Shown here one piece after another: positions 19,027 to 28,957 of a stretch of DNA of 64,000 bases; the first letter of the stretch is position 1, and every line of letters begins with the position of its first letter. Made by a program: the position numbers and the translations under genes. Source of the stretch: Vulcanimicrobiota bacterium (lineage in GTDB: Bacteria; Vulcanimicrobiota; Vulcanimicrobiia; Vulcanimicrobiales; Vulcanimicrobiaceae); assembly GCA_963695225.1 (NCBI GenBank), contig OY968762.1:1600001-1664000 (forward strand), given 5' to 3'. The notes beneath the pieces were generated by a model. It made no database searches. It was given only the letters and a program-made list of their open reading frames with translations, and had not been told where the DNA came from.

Positions 19027-20481
19027 ATGAAGTTGCAGACAGACCGACCTCCCGCCGCGTCCGCCGGGGCCGATGCGGCCGCGGCTGCGAGCGCTTCCCC
19101 GAAGAAGGTCGCCGGGCACACGTTCGACCGCGCGAACATCCCGCTGCTTCTCACGCTCGGGCTCGGGGTTTTTGCGGGCGCGTTCGATCTGAGCGTCCTT
19201 TCGCCGGCGCTGCCGGCGCTGGCGCGCGACTTCTCGACGGCGCCGCGCGACATGGCGTGGGTCTTCACGCTCTATCTGCTCGCGAACATCGTCAGCATCC
19301 CCGTGATGACGAAGCTTTCGGATACGTACGGACGGCGCTCCATCTACATCACGTGCGTTTCGATCTTCGCAGCGGGGAGCGTGCTGGCGATCCTCTCGCC
19401 GACGTTCGGATTCTTCCTCGCGGCGCGCGCGATCCAGGCGGTCGGCGCGGGCGGCATCTTTCCCGTTGCGACGGCGGCGATCGCCGATCGCGTGCCGATC
19501 GAACGGCGTGGTTCCGCGCTCGGCATCCTCGGTGCGATCTGGGGCGTCGCGGCAATCGTGGGCCCCGCGGTCGGCGGCGTGCTGACGCATTTTCTCTCGT
19601 GGCACTGGATCTTCGCCGCGAACGTGCCGCTCGCGATCGTCGTGATCTCGATGGCGATGCGCCACGTGCCGACGCTCGCCTCGCGCGTGCGCGGCGCGCT
19701 CGATATCGCGGGGATCCTCGCCCTCGCGACCGGTCTGCTCGGGCTCATGATCGGCCTGACGCGGCTCGATCCGAACGCGGCGACGATCGGGAACTCGACC
19801 GTGTATGCGGCGCTCGGCATCGCGGCCGTCGCGTTCGCGCTGCTGATTCCGATCGAACGGCGGGCCGAATCGCCGATGATCTCTCCGGCGCTCTTCGCGA
19901 CGCGGCAACTGATCGTGACGTACTCGCTCGAGATCGCGATCGGGCTCCTCGAGGGCGCGCTCTTCTTCATCCCGGCGGCGCTCGTCGCCGCGCAACACAT
20001 GTCGTACGCGTTCGCGGGCGCGATCGCCGCGATCGGCGCCGTCGTCTTCGTCGCCGTGATCCCCGGGGCGGGGCGCGCGCTCGACAAGTTCGGGAGCCGC
20101 GCGGTCCTGCTCGTCGGCGCGAGCCTCACCGCGGCGGGCCTCGCGATCGTCGGCGCCGGTTTGAGTTCCCTGCCGCTCGTCATCGCCGGCCTGACGGTCG
20201 CCGGTTGCGGGTTCGGATCGCTGCTCGGCGCTCCGACGCGCTACATCATCACGAACGAAGTCCCCTCGACGGCGCGAGCCTCGGCCGTCGGCCTCTTGAG
20301 CATATTCCTGATCATGGGGCAGATCGTCGGCGGCTCGCTCGCGGGCGGCGTCGTCGGCCTAAAACTGGAAGATGCCGCCGGTTACCAACACGCCTACTTC
20401 ACGTTCGCTGCGGTCGCGGTCCTCACCGCATTCGGAACGCTTGCCCTCAAGTCGAAATCGGAGGAACGCCCAGGAAACTGA
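19027..20481 (+). CDS. MFS transporter (DHA2-like, about 14 TM)
   Basis: KLSDTYGRR motif A, ARAIQAVGAGG, GPAVGG..THFLSWHWIF. Confidence 0.88.
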   Translation: MKLQTDRPPAASAGADAAAAASASPKKVAGHTFDRANIPLLLTLGLGVFAGAFDLSVLSPALPALARDFSTAPRDMAWVFTLYLLANIVSIPVMTKLSDTYGRRSIYITCVSIFAAGSVLAILSPTFGFFLAARAIQAVGAGGIFPVATAAIADRVPIERRGSALGILGAIWGVAAIVGPAVGGVLTHFLSWHWIFAANVPLAIVVISMAMRHVPTLASRVRGALDIAGILALATGLLGLMIGLTRLDPNAATIGNSTVYAALGIAAVAFALLIPIERRAESPMISPALFATRQLIVTYSLEIAIGLLEGALFFIPAALVAAQHMSYAFAGAIAAIGAVVFVAVIPGAGRALDKFGSRAVLLVGASLTAAGLAIVGAGLSSLPLVIAGLTVAGCGFGSLLGAPTRYIITNEVPSTARASAVGLLSIFLIMGQIVGGSLAGGVVGLKLEDAAGYQHAYFTFAAVAVLTAFGTLALKSKSEERPGN

Positions 20482-20521
20482 GCGCGCGCAACGTCGGTCG
20501 AACAACGCCGGAGGTTAGCGA

Positions 20522-22240
20522 GTGCGATTCTTCAAGCCGAACATCGATAGGCTATCGATGAAGCGCGACGTCCCGGGGCTCGTTGAAGCCCTGGGCGATT
20601 CGGATCGTACGATCCGGTCCGACGCGGGCCAGGCGCTTGCAAAACTCGGCGCTCCCGGCGTCGAGGCGCTGCTGGCCGCGCTACGGCACAAGTCCGCCGT
20701 CGTGCGCGAGAGCGCGGCGCTCGCGCTCGGCAGCGGGAACGCTCGAGCGGCGGAGGCGCTGACGGAGGCCCTTCGGCACGATCGGAGCCCGGTCGTGCGC
20801 GCCGCGGCCGCGACGGCGATCGGGCAGGCCCGGGACGCTTCCTGCGCGGAGGCGCTCGTCGCGGCCCTCGCCGACGCGCCCGAAGTGAACGCGAGCGCGC
20901 GCGAGGCGCTGCTCGACGTCGGCGGCGGCGCCGTCGAAGCGCTCGTCGCCGGATTGAAGAGCCCGGAGCGGAAGATCCGCGAATCAGCCGCTTGGCTGCT
21001 CGGCGAGATCGCGGACCCGCGAGCGTTCAGGCCGCTCGTCGCAGCGCTGCAGGACGCCGATCCCGTGGTAGTCCAGCATGCGTCGCACGCCGTGGAGCGC
21101 CTCAGCCGCGCGCAGAACGCGTTGATCGCGGATCTGCAGAACCCGACGCTCGCCGTGCGCCGATCCTGCGCGAAAGCGCTCGACGACCTCGGCTGGGAGG
21201 CGGATTCCGGCCCGGCCGGGGCTGCGTATTGGGCCGCGAAATGCCGGTGGGACGAATGCCTGCGCATCGGCGCCCCGGCGGTCGGGGCCCTGATCCGCGC
21301 GATCCTGGGGACCGCGAAGCCCGGCGAGGACCGCGCGGAGGAGCAGGCGGCCGCCGCCGAAACGCTCGGCGCGATAGGCGCCCCCGCCGTGCGCCCCGTC
21401 ATCGCGGCCTCGGAGGTCGCGCACTCCCCGGACGACGCGAACGCGCTGCTGTCGAGCCTCGCCTACGTTCGGGATCCGGACGCCGTCGAGCCCCTCATCG
21501 AAATGTTGAGCGCGAACAAATACGGGCAACACTATGCCGCCCTCGCGCTCGCTCGCATCGGCGATCCTCGCGCGGTCGCGCCGCTCGGCGTCGCGGTCGC
21601 CGATGCGAAGTGGCACAACGACGTGCGCCGAGCCTGCGCGGGGGCCCTCGGCGCGCTCGGGGATCGCGGCGGAGTCGAACCGCTGATCGCCGTCCTGACG
21701 CGGCGCAGCGAGCGGGTCGATCTCGAGGTCGCGGCGATCGAGGCGCTCGGGATGATCGGCGACCGCCGAGCCTGCGAAGCCGTCGTCGACGCGATGTTCC
21801 GGTTCCCGCTCAACGATTACGCGTGGTACACGGTCGCACCGGCGGTGCGCGCGCTCTTCGAGGACCTCACCGAACCGATCCTCGAGATCTCGGGCTACAC
21901 CGTCACGGATACGTTCGGCCGGAAAACGACGGAAGAGATGCGCGACCAAGCGTTCTGGACCGGCTCCGGGAAGCTGCAGTTCCAGCTGGAGCGCAATCTG
22001 GTCGCGCTCCGGCGCTTGTGCAGCCACGCGACGCCGGTTACGACGAATCTCTTGTACCAAGTCCGCGACGGCCTCGCCAAGAAGACCAGCTACCCCGGCG
22101 CGGCGGCCGAGTTCCAGCGCGACTTCGGCAAACTGAGGGAAGACGCCGCGAGCGAACTCGCCCGCCGCGGGAAGCCCCCGTTCGATCCGGCTGCGTATCT
22201 CACGACGGAGGGCTGGCGGCTCGCGAAAAACGAGGCCTAG
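20522..22240 (+). CDS. HEAT/PBS-lyase repeat protein
   Basis: Repeated VR..AA.ALG.IGD.RAV..L...L units. Confidence 0.85.
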   Translation: MRFFKPNIDRLSMKRDVPGLVEALGDSDRTIRSDAGQALAKLGAPGVEALLAALRHKSAVVRESAALALGSGNARAAEALTEALRHDRSPVVRAAAATAIGQARDASCAEALVAALADAPEVNASAREALLDVGGGAVEALVAGLKSPERKIRESAAWLLGEIADPRAFRPLVAALQDADPVVVQHASHAVERLSRAQNALIADLQNPTLAVRRSCAKALDDLGWEADSGPAGAAYWAAKCRWDECLRIGAPAVGALIRAILGTAKPGEDRAEEQAAAAETLGAIGAPAVRPVIAASEVAHSPDDANALLSSLAYVRDPDAVEPLIEMLSANKYGQHYAALALARIGDPRAVAPLGVAVADAKWHNDVRRACAGALGALGDRGGVEPLIAVLTRRSERVDLEVAAIEALGMIGDRRACEAVVDAMFRFPLNDYAWYTVAPAVRALFEDLTEPILEISGYTVTDTFGRKTTEEMRDQAFWTGSGKLQFQLERNLVALRRLCSHATPVTTNLLYQVRDGLAKKTSYPGAAAEFQRDFGKLREDAASELARRGKPPFDPAAYLTTEGWRLAKNEA

Positions 22241-23250
22241 GCCGCGAAGATGCGGCGGCCGATCCGGTATAGGATCCATCCGAAGGCCGCGAAGATGGCG
22301 AGCACGATCGCCAAATCCGCGAAGCCCGAAAACTGCGCGGCGCGGTTCCCGCATATCGCGACCGCGCGCGACGAAAGCCAGAGGTCGAAACGCGCGAACG
22401 GATTCGAGGATTCGCGCCGCAAATTTCGCACGCTCGCGACGATCTCGTCCGGAGCCCACGACGTCTCGTCGATCAACTGCCGGATCACGCCGCCTTCGTC
22501 GATCACGGCGGTCCGCTCGGGGTGGATCAGTCCGAAGCGCTCGTCGGGGAACGCGGTCACGCCGAATTGCGCCGCGAAATCGAGGACGCGGTCGGGATCG
22601 CCGCCGGCGAACGTCCAGCGCGAGGCGTCCGCATCGAGCGCGGCGGCGTAGCGTCGCAAGACCGGCGGCGTGTCGTAGCGCGGATCGAGCGTGACGAGGA
22701 CGAGACGCGCCGGTTCGCCGCGGAGCATCCCCTGGAGCGTGTGGAACTTCGCGGAGATCAGGGGGCACATGCGCGGATCCCGGCAGCGCGTGTAGATGAA
22801 TGCGAGGACCGCGACTTGCCCGCGCAACTGCGCGAACGAGAACGGCTTGCCGTCCTGGTCCGTGAAGTCCGCCGCGGGGACGAGATCGCCGATCACCAGG
22901 TGGCGCACGTTGCGCAGGACCTTGTCGCCGTTCGCCTGGGGCGCGGGCGTGCCGGTCATGCCCTGGCTCCCAACGATCCGCACGTCGCGAAGCGTCCAGG
23001 GATCGGCCGAAGTATCGAGCTCGGCATCGATGACGTCACCCGCGTGGAGTGCGCGGACGCGCGCGGCCGGGTCGACGCGGAACGGCATCGTCATCCCGGG
23101 CATCCCGCCGACGGGATCGTGCCGGACGATCGCTTCCCCCTTCGCGGGATTCGCCGAGAGGACGAGGCCGTGGAGGCGCTCGGCGGCGCCGGCCGGAGCG
23201 CCTGCGCCGAACAAAGTGCTAAGCACGCCTAGGACGATAGTTAGGAGCAC
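22237..23250 (-). CDS. SCO family copper chaperone with N-terminal CusF-like Cu-binding domain (start uncertain)
   Basis: Signal-like N-terminus, HDPVGGMPGMTMPF, FTDQDGK, FIYTRCRDPRMCP, VTLDPRYDTP, C-terminal TM helix. Confidence 0.8.
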   Translation of the reverse strand: MLLTIVLGVLSTLFGAGAPAGAAERLHGLVLSANPAKGEAIVRHDPVGGMPGMTMPFRVDPAARVRALHAGDVIDAELDTSADPWTLRDVRIVGSQGMTGTPAPQANGDKVLRNVRHLVIGDLVPAADFTDQDGKPFSFAQLRGQVAVLAFIYTRCRDPRMCPLISAKFHTLQGMLRGEPARLVLVTLDPRYDTPPVLRRYAAALDADASRWTFAGGDPDRVLDFAAQFGVTAFPDERFGLIHPERTAVIDEGGVIRQLIDETSWAPDEIVASVRNLRRESSNPFARFDLWLSSRAVAICGNRAAQFSGFADLAIVLAIFAAFGWILYRIGRRIFAA

Positions 23251-23263
23251 CGAATAGCCTGAA

Positions 23264-23830
23264 ATGCTCGCACGCGCGCCATGGCCCGAACACTCGGTCG
23301 TCTCCCGGCCGTGGACCGGCGCGGAACGGCGCGCCGTCTGGAACGGCTTCCTCGGACGCTCGCTGATCGCGATCGAGCCGGTGATCGTGGGCTCCGTCTT
23401 TCTCGCGCTCGTCGTGGGGCTCGTGCGCGTCAACCGCGAGGACGCACCGGCGATCGTGCTCGCACCGATTTTCGCACTCGGCTTCATCGCGTTCGGGATA
23501 TACGCCGTGACCCTGATGGTCGAGCCGAGCCGCGCGCTGTTGAGCACGTTCGATCCTCTCCTGATCGTGGACGGTTACGTCCGCTACCGCGGGAGTCCCG
23601 GCGAGCCGAGCGAGCCGAATCTCAACGGCTACGTCGCGGTGCTCGCCGCCGACGGCGCGCTCGTTCGAGAGTGGCCTTCGTACGGCACTTCGCCCTTGCC
23701 GCAGCGAACCGTCCCCGCGCACATCGAGTTCAGCCGTTACGGCGGCGTCTTGCGCATCGACGGGCGCACCACGGGCGCGTTGCCCGCGGCGCTTCCTGCG
23801 CTCGGGATCGGCGCGACGCGCGCCGGATAG
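23264..23830 (+). CDS. Hypothetical membrane protein
   Basis: Two hydrophobic helices followed by a soluble domain; typical codon usage. Confidence 0.65.
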   Translation: MLARAPWPEHSVVSRPWTGAERRAVWNGFLGRSLIAIEPVIVGSVFLALVVGLVRVNREDAPAIVLAPIFALGFIAFGIYAVTLMVEPSRALLSTFDPLLIVDGYVRYRGSPGEPSEPNLNGYVAVLAADGALVREWPSYGTSPLPQRTVPAHIEFSRYGGVLRIDGRTTGALPAALPALGIGATRAG

Positions 23831-23956
23831 CACGAACCGCAGAACCGAAGCGCCGTGCGCGAATGTAGATACTAACAAGCAAGTCCGCCCTCGGCAACGC
23901 ATTTACGGGAACGAGCGGATGTCCGCAGCGCAACGGGGCGGGGCACTATGCGCGGC

Positions 23957-24520
23957 ATGAGCGTCGCGCCGCCGCGCGGCGACGAGAGCGGGTTTTCGCT
24001 GATCGAAGCGCTCGTCGCCGTAGGGATCCTCACCGTTGCCGTGCTGTGCGCGATGGGCGCCGTGACCGTTGCGGTCCGCGCTGCGGCGAACGGTGCGCCG
24101 CGCGCGGCGCTTACGGCAACGGCTCAAAACGTGCTCGCCGACCTGCGAGCGGCGAGTGCCTACGATTCGTCCGAGTTGGCCGAGCTCGTTGCCGCAGGTT
24201 CGCGCCGGCTGAACATCGAGGCGTCGCAAACCGAAGGCCCGGCAACGGCTCAGACCGTCACCGTCGCGGTCGCGCCGAACGCTTCCGGTGCCGGGTACAC
24301 CGCAACCGTGACGGTCGACGATGCTTCCGGCAATACCGTCACGCTGCGCTCGACGCTCGTGCAGGAGGCGCCCGCGCCGGGCAGCGTCATCCCCCTCTCG
24401 TCGCCGCCTCCCGCCGAAGCGCCGCCGCGCACGAACGGCCCGGCTCCGGGCGGCTGCGATCCAAGCGCGGCGACGTGTTCGCCGTGCCTGCTCGGGCGCG
24501 GATGCCGCGCGGGACCGTGA
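23957..24520 (+). CDS. Type IV pilin-like protein (PilV-like)
   Basis: Class III signal peptide SG|FSLIEALVAVGIL; Cys-rich C-terminal tail. Confidence 0.8.
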   Translation: MSVAPPRGDESGFSLIEALVAVGILTVAVLCAMGAVTVAVRAAANGAPRAALTATAQNVLADLRAASAYDSSELAELVAAGSRRLNIEASQTEGPATAQTVTVAVAPNASGAGYTATVTVDDASGNTVTLRSTLVQEAPAPGSVIPLSSPPPAEAPPRTNGPAPGGCDPSAATCSPCLLGRGCRAGP

Positions 24521-24523
24521 ACG

Positions 24524-25726
24524 ATGCGACGAGCGAACGAGCGAGGATTCTCGCTGATCGAGGTGACGATCGCAGCCGCCGTCTTCGCGATCGTGATGGG
24601 GATCGCGTTCGCATCGATCGCGCTGCTGGGCGCGGTCGCGCGCGCTGCTACGACTGCGCAGGCCGGCGCGGATGCTCTCGATCGCCAGGTTGAGTCCTTT
24701 CGTTCCGAAGCGGCAACCGCGTCGGCGATCTTCGTTCCGCCGTTCGATCTGCACGGCGCTCCGAACGCGGACGGCCACGAGGTCGACTTCTACTCGAAGG
24801 GGCAGGAAAACCGCGACGTCTTCTGGCGCTATGTGTTCGACGCTTCGAGTTCCACGCTTCGGCGCTACGATTACGACCCGCAGACGAATCCCGTCGGGGG
24901 CGTTCGCGATTCGCGCACCGGGGCGATCGACGCGACGGCGAGCTATCCCGAGATCCCGGAGATGAGCGCGTTCGGCGCGCGAACGATCGAGGCGAACCAA
25001 CTCGGCGATCCCGCGCTGAATCGCTATGCGGCGCTGTTCCCGCGCGCGCCGAACGGCGAGCCGGTCAGTTTGAACGATCCGGCCAACGGCCGCAACGTCG
25101 CGGGACTCGTCGGAGGGAACCGAATCGTCGAGATCGCGCTCTCGAATCGGAAAGCGGCGCGCGTCGTCCATCTTGCGGCCGGGACGATGCCTACCGGCTT
25201 TTACGTGGGCGGCAACATCAAGTACCACACGGTGCTGTATCGCGTCGATCAATCGCACCGCTTCTGGTTCGGTATCGCAGGAAAGAGCCACGTCTGGATC
25301 CGCGGCCGCGCGAGCATCACGTACGATGATTGGGCGACGGGCCCGCGCGTTTGGTGCGACTACGCGATCTACGGCGGCGACGGCGGCGACGGGCTCGACC
25401 CGAGCGACCCGCACGCGGATTATCGCGCGCTCGTGCACGATCGAACAGCTCAGCCGAAGGCGATCCTCGATCATTGCGCCGCGCACGCGCCGCTGCCGGA
25501 GCGAGTCGCGACCTATTCCGCCCCCGATCCTTATCGCACGCCGCCCGCGCTCGTCGATACGCCGCCGCCGTGTTGGACGAACCCCGCCACGGGAAATCGG
25601 TGCTGGCCGCCGGACGCGCCCGCGGATTGGGCCCCAAATCCGCGCCCGGCCGATACGCCGCCTCCGCAGTGGTGCGCCGCGCACGCTCGATCCGCCGCGT
25701 GTGCGCAGCCGGCTAAGACGTCGTGA
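24524..25726 (+). CDS. Type IV pilin-like protein (PilW/GspJ-like) with Pro/Cys/Trp-rich C-terminus
   Basis: RG|FSLIEVTIAAAVF. Confidence 0.82.
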   Translation: MRRANERGFSLIEVTIAAAVFAIVMGIAFASIALLGAVARAATTAQAGADALDRQVESFRSEAATASAIFVPPFDLHGAPNADGHEVDFYSKGQENRDVFWRYVFDASSSTLRRYDYDPQTNPVGGVRDSRTGAIDATASYPEIPEMSAFGARTIEANQLGDPALNRYAALFPRAPNGEPVSLNDPANGRNVAGLVGGNRIVEIALSNRKAARVVHLAAGTMPTGFYVGGNIKYHTVLYRVDQSHRFWFGIAGKSHVWIRGRASITYDDWATGPRVWCDYAIYGGDGGDGLDPSDPHADYRALVHDRTAQPKAILDHCAAHAPLPERVATYSAPDPYRTPPALVDTPPPCWTNPATGNRCWPPDAPADWAPNPRPADTPPPQWCAAHARSAACAQPAKTS

Positions 25727-25742
25727 AACGGAGTACCGCTCC

Positions 25743-26603
25743 ATGCTGATGCACTCGATGGCCGTCGTGTTGCTCCTCACCACGTTCACGGCGACGATCC
25801 TCATGCAGTCGCTCGTCGCCTCAAAGATCGCGCTCCAAACGGCGGTGTCCCGGTATCTGGAAGCGGAAACGAGCGACGGCATCGCCGATCTCACGACGGG
25901 TATCCAGTACTACGTGAAGCATGCGGGAGCGGCCGGTCCCTGGCAAATCGCAAATGGCGAAAGCCGCTCGCCGCAGCGTTCGGCCTGCGGCGAAGCGCTT
26001 GCGACGGAGCAATGCCCGTACGTCTACGACGTCGCCGCGAGGATCACGGGTTCGAGCACCGGCTCGCACGGCGACGGCGGGACGGACGTTGCGTGGAACC
26101 TGCAGTCGTCGGTCGTCGACGAGCAGCGCGTCTCGGCCCAAGTAACGGTACGCCTCTACGCGCACGAGTCCCAGCGGATGCTCGGATCGCGAACGCGCTA
26201 TCTGACGTACCGCGTGTTCAACTCAGCCCCGTACGCAATCGTAAGCGGAGTCCGCGACGGAACCACCATCAACGGCCTCGCATCATCAGCGCAAGGCGAT
26301 ACGAGTGGAACTGTATCAGCTACCCTTGTGAGCGGCGCACAACATGGTGATGTCCTCCAGCCAAATGTGCTCTACCCTGAGAGATATCGCGATACAACGG
26401 TGAAAGTGCGGATTGAATGCGCGACCATGAATGATACTGCTCATTTGCAGTCCGCTCCCGGCAACGAAGGGACGCCTTGGGGAACTAGCTCGTCGGGTTT
26501 CGAACTGCCGTGCTCAGCTGGCATATTTGACAGTCTCGACAAGCTGTCGTCGCAGCGGTCATGGCAGAATGGCAACATGAATTCAACGGGCTGGTCCGAA
26601 TGA
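25743..26603 (+). CDS. PilX/GspK-like membrane-anchored protein
   Basis: N-terminal hydrophobic helix without Glu5; position after PilV/PilW-like genes. Confidence 0.55.
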   Translation: MLMHSMAVVLLLTTFTATILMQSLVASKIALQTAVSRYLEAETSDGIADLTTGIQYYVKHAGAAGPWQIANGESRSPQRSACGEALATEQCPYVYDVAARITGSSTGSHGDGGTDVAWNLQSSVVDEQRVSAQVTVRLYAHESQRMLGSRTRYLTYRVFNSAPYAIVSGVRDGTTINGLASSAQGDTSGTVSATLVSGAQHGDVLQPNVLYPERYRDTTVKVRIECATMNDTAHLQSAPGNEGTPWGTSSSGFELPCSAGIFDSLDKLSSQRSWQNGNMNSTGWSE

Positions 26604-27289
26604 TGCCCAGGATCGCTCTGTTTCGTGCCATCGGCTGGCTGCCGTGCGTTTTCCTCGTAGCCTGTGGCGGGGGATCCAGCGGGAACGGGGTTTCAGGACT
26701 CGCTATTCCACCGCATAATATTGTAGCCACAATGACAGATCGCATTGGAGACTCGATTCCAGGTCTCGGCACGCGTTGGGATATTTCGGGCGTGCAAACG
26801 ACACTGCTCGAAGGGCCGTTTCGAAACGAGTATGTGAAGCTTCAAGTCGCCGTCACCTTCACGCAGGATGTCTCCGCCGCGCTACCAAGTCCAGGCAGTG
26901 CGCTGGTCGGGTATCCTGGTCTTCTCGGCGTCGAGATCTTTCTCGATATCGACGGGAACAGCACGACCGGAACCAAGGCTTTTCAATGCTCATCGGTACT
27001 GAATCTACCCAGCATCGATGCAGCTGTCGACGCCGGTGGCGTCGAGGGTCGCCTCGCGGATGGCTCATACCCGATTGTCGACGCGAGCGGCATACCTCAA
27101 GACGAGGCAACCGTGATTGTCGCTGGAAAGACCGTCACTTATTCGATCGATCTTGCCGCCTGGGGATCGCCCGCTACCGGTGTCCCCAAAACGAGGGTAG
27201 CAGTGGCTGCCTATAACGGGAGTACCACCGGAAGTGCCGTGACAGATTGCGCGCCTGATTCGGGGACGATGTCGGTTTCCGGAACGTGA
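26600..27289 (+). CDS. Hypothetical lipoprotein (visibly lower GC)
   Basis: ATG overlaps the upstream stop; lipobox LVAC-GGG; DIDGNSTTG Ca-loop-like motif. Confidence 0.7.
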   Translation: MMPRIALFRAIGWLPCVFLVACGGGSSGNGVSGLAIPPHNIVATMTDRIGDSIPGLGTRWDISGVQTTLLEGPFRNEYVKLQVAVTFTQDVSAALPSPGSALVGYPGLLGVEIFLDIDGNSTTGTKAFQCSSVLNLPSIDAAVDAGGVEGRLADGSYPIVDASGIPQDEATVIVAGKTVTYSIDLAAWGSPATGVPKTRVAVAAYNGSTTGSAVTDCAPDSGTMSVSGT

Positions 27290-27912
27290 GCGTCGACGGC
27301 TCTCAGCCTCATCCCCTCATGCGGAGGCAGGTCGCGGCCCGAGCGACGCTGTCGCCAGCGCTTGCGAGAGTGCTGATAGCGCCCGACAGCCGTGGCTTCT
27401 CACTTATCGAAGTCGTGGTTGCCGTGGGGGTCGTTGCGATGCTCTCGCTCGCTCTTCTCGCGGGGATCTCGCGGCAGGACGGCGGCGTGCATGCCGGGGC
27501 GCTTGCGCTCCAGGCGATCGTGGGCGCGGCGCGGTCGCTTGCCGCTTCGACCGACGACGGAGCCGGGGCGAGCGGGGCGACGATTCAGGTCAAACGCGAG
27601 AACGCGCAAACCTCCGTCTCGATCTACCGCTACCGGCCGACCTCGACGCGTCCAACTCCACCCGAGCGCGAACCGGGCTTTCCGCAACTCACGACGCCGG
27701 TCGAGATCAGTTTCCGTGGCTCTACAACGTTCGCGATCTTCGTTTCAAGTTCGGGCCGGGCGACGGTTCAGCCAGACTTCGACGTCACGCAGGGGGGCAC
27801 GCTCGCATCGGAGCCGGCGTGCGCCGCAGGGGGCGAGACGATCGCGTTCCGGTCCGGCCGTGCCGAGGAATCCGGCCTCATCACCTGCGAGATGACCCAG
27901 CTCAAGCTCTGA
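27286..27912 (+). CDS. Type IV pilin-like protein (FimT/GspH-like; start may be downstream)
   Basis: RG|FSLIEVVVAVGVV. Confidence 0.8.
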   Translation: MSVDGSQPHPLMRRQVAARATLSPALARVLIAPDSRGFSLIEVVVAVGVVAMLSLALLAGISRQDGGVHAGALALQAIVGAARSLAASTDDGAGASGATIQVKRENAQTSVSIYRYRPTSTRPTPPEREPGFPQLTTPVEISFRGSTTFAIFVSSSGRATVQPDFDVTQGGTLASEPACAAGGETIAFRSGRAEESGLITCEMTQLKL

Positions 27913-28108
27913 TCCGCACCGGGCCGGCCGCGCCGAGCGGCTCCTTCACCGTCGTCGAGGAGGGCCAGCGGTGGTTTGCTCCGGAGGCGAAGATGACGAG
28001 GGCCATCATCACGATGATCATCGCCAGGCCCACGAATGACGAGATGATGACGACGGGCGGGATGCCGCTCGAGATCGGGACGCCGCGCGAGTCCTTCGGA
28101 TCGTACAT
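27902..28108 (-). CDS. Small single-TM protein, probable oxidase accessory subunit
   Basis: 68 aa, one strong TM helix, GGAGG RBS, last gene of the cox operon. Confidence 0.65.
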   Translation of the reverse strand: MYDPKDSRGVPISSGIPPVVIISSFVGLAMIIVMMALVIFASGANHRWPSSTTVKEPLGAAGPVRIRA

Positions 28109-28111
28109 GCG

Positions 28112-28312
28112 TTATCCGCCTCCCCCCAGCACGCCGGTCGCGGCCAGGATCACGAGAACGCAACCGAACGCCATCAAACCCAGCAACGCCTTCGTGACCG
28201 CGTTGTCGAGGCCGGTCGTCCGCCAATCGTTCTTGAGCTGGATGCTGGTCGTGACCATCACCACGATCGCGCCGATGAGGGCCACGCCACGCTCGAAAAC
28301 CGCAAGCGTCAT
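28112..28312 (-). CDS. Small two-TM protein, probable oxidase accessory subunit (subunit IV-like)
   Basis: 66 aa, two TM helices, directly after coxIII. Confidence 0.65.
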   Translation of the reverse strand: MTLAVFERGVALIGAIVVMVTTSIQLKNDWRTTGLDNAVTKALLGLMAFGCVLVILAATGVLGGGG

Positions 28313-28323
28313 TCGCTACACCC

Positions 28324-28956
28324 CTACCATAGGTAGAACAGGAAGAAGAGCGCGACCCAGATCACGTCCACGAAATGCCAATAGAGCGTCCCCGCCGTCA
28401 GCCCGAAGTACTTCGAGAACGTGTAGACGCCGGCATTCGCCTGCGCCGCGAGCACGAGCAGGAAGATGACGCCGAGGAACACGTGGAAACCGTGGAGCCC
28501 CGTCAGCGTGAAGAACGATGCGCCGAGCGTGCTGCCGGACCACGTGATCGCGGCGTTCGCGTACTCGTAGCCTTGCCCCATCAAGAACGCGATCCCGAGT
28601 ACGATCGTCGCCGCCAGCCACCGGTTGAACGCGTCCTTCTTCATGTGCTTCCAGCTCTCGAGCGCGAAGTGCATCGTTGCGCCGGAACCGAATAGTACGA
28701 CCGAATTCACCGCCGCGAACGCGGTATCGAAGCGTGGAAGCTGGTGCCCTTCCGAGTTGATCGGCGGCCAATTTGGGACGGATCCGCGCAGGTACACGTA
28801 AGCGAAGATGAACATCGAGAACAGCACGACGTCGCTCAGAAGAAAGAACACGAACCCGAGCAGCCGGATGTCCCGAGTCTGCGCGTAGGCGTGATCCACG
28901 TCGTTGTAGCGGGCGACGACCGCATCGGGCGAATCGAGCAAGACGACTGCCGCCAC
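28324..28956 (-). CDS. ctaE: Cytochrome c oxidase subunit III
   Basis: FF.LTGLHGFHV, LYWHFVDVIW. Confidence 0.95.
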   Translation of the reverse strand: MAAVVLLDSPDAVVARYNDVDHAYAQTRDIRLLGFVFFLLSDVVLFSMFIFAYVYLRGSVPNWPPINSEGHQLPRFDTAFAAVNSVVLFGSGATMHFALESWKHMKKDAFNRWLAATIVLGIAFLMGQGYEYANAAITWSGSTLGASFFTLTGLHGFHVFLGVIFLLVLAAQANAGVYTFSKYFGLTAGTLYWHFVDVIWVALFFLFYLW

Positions 28957-28957
28957 G

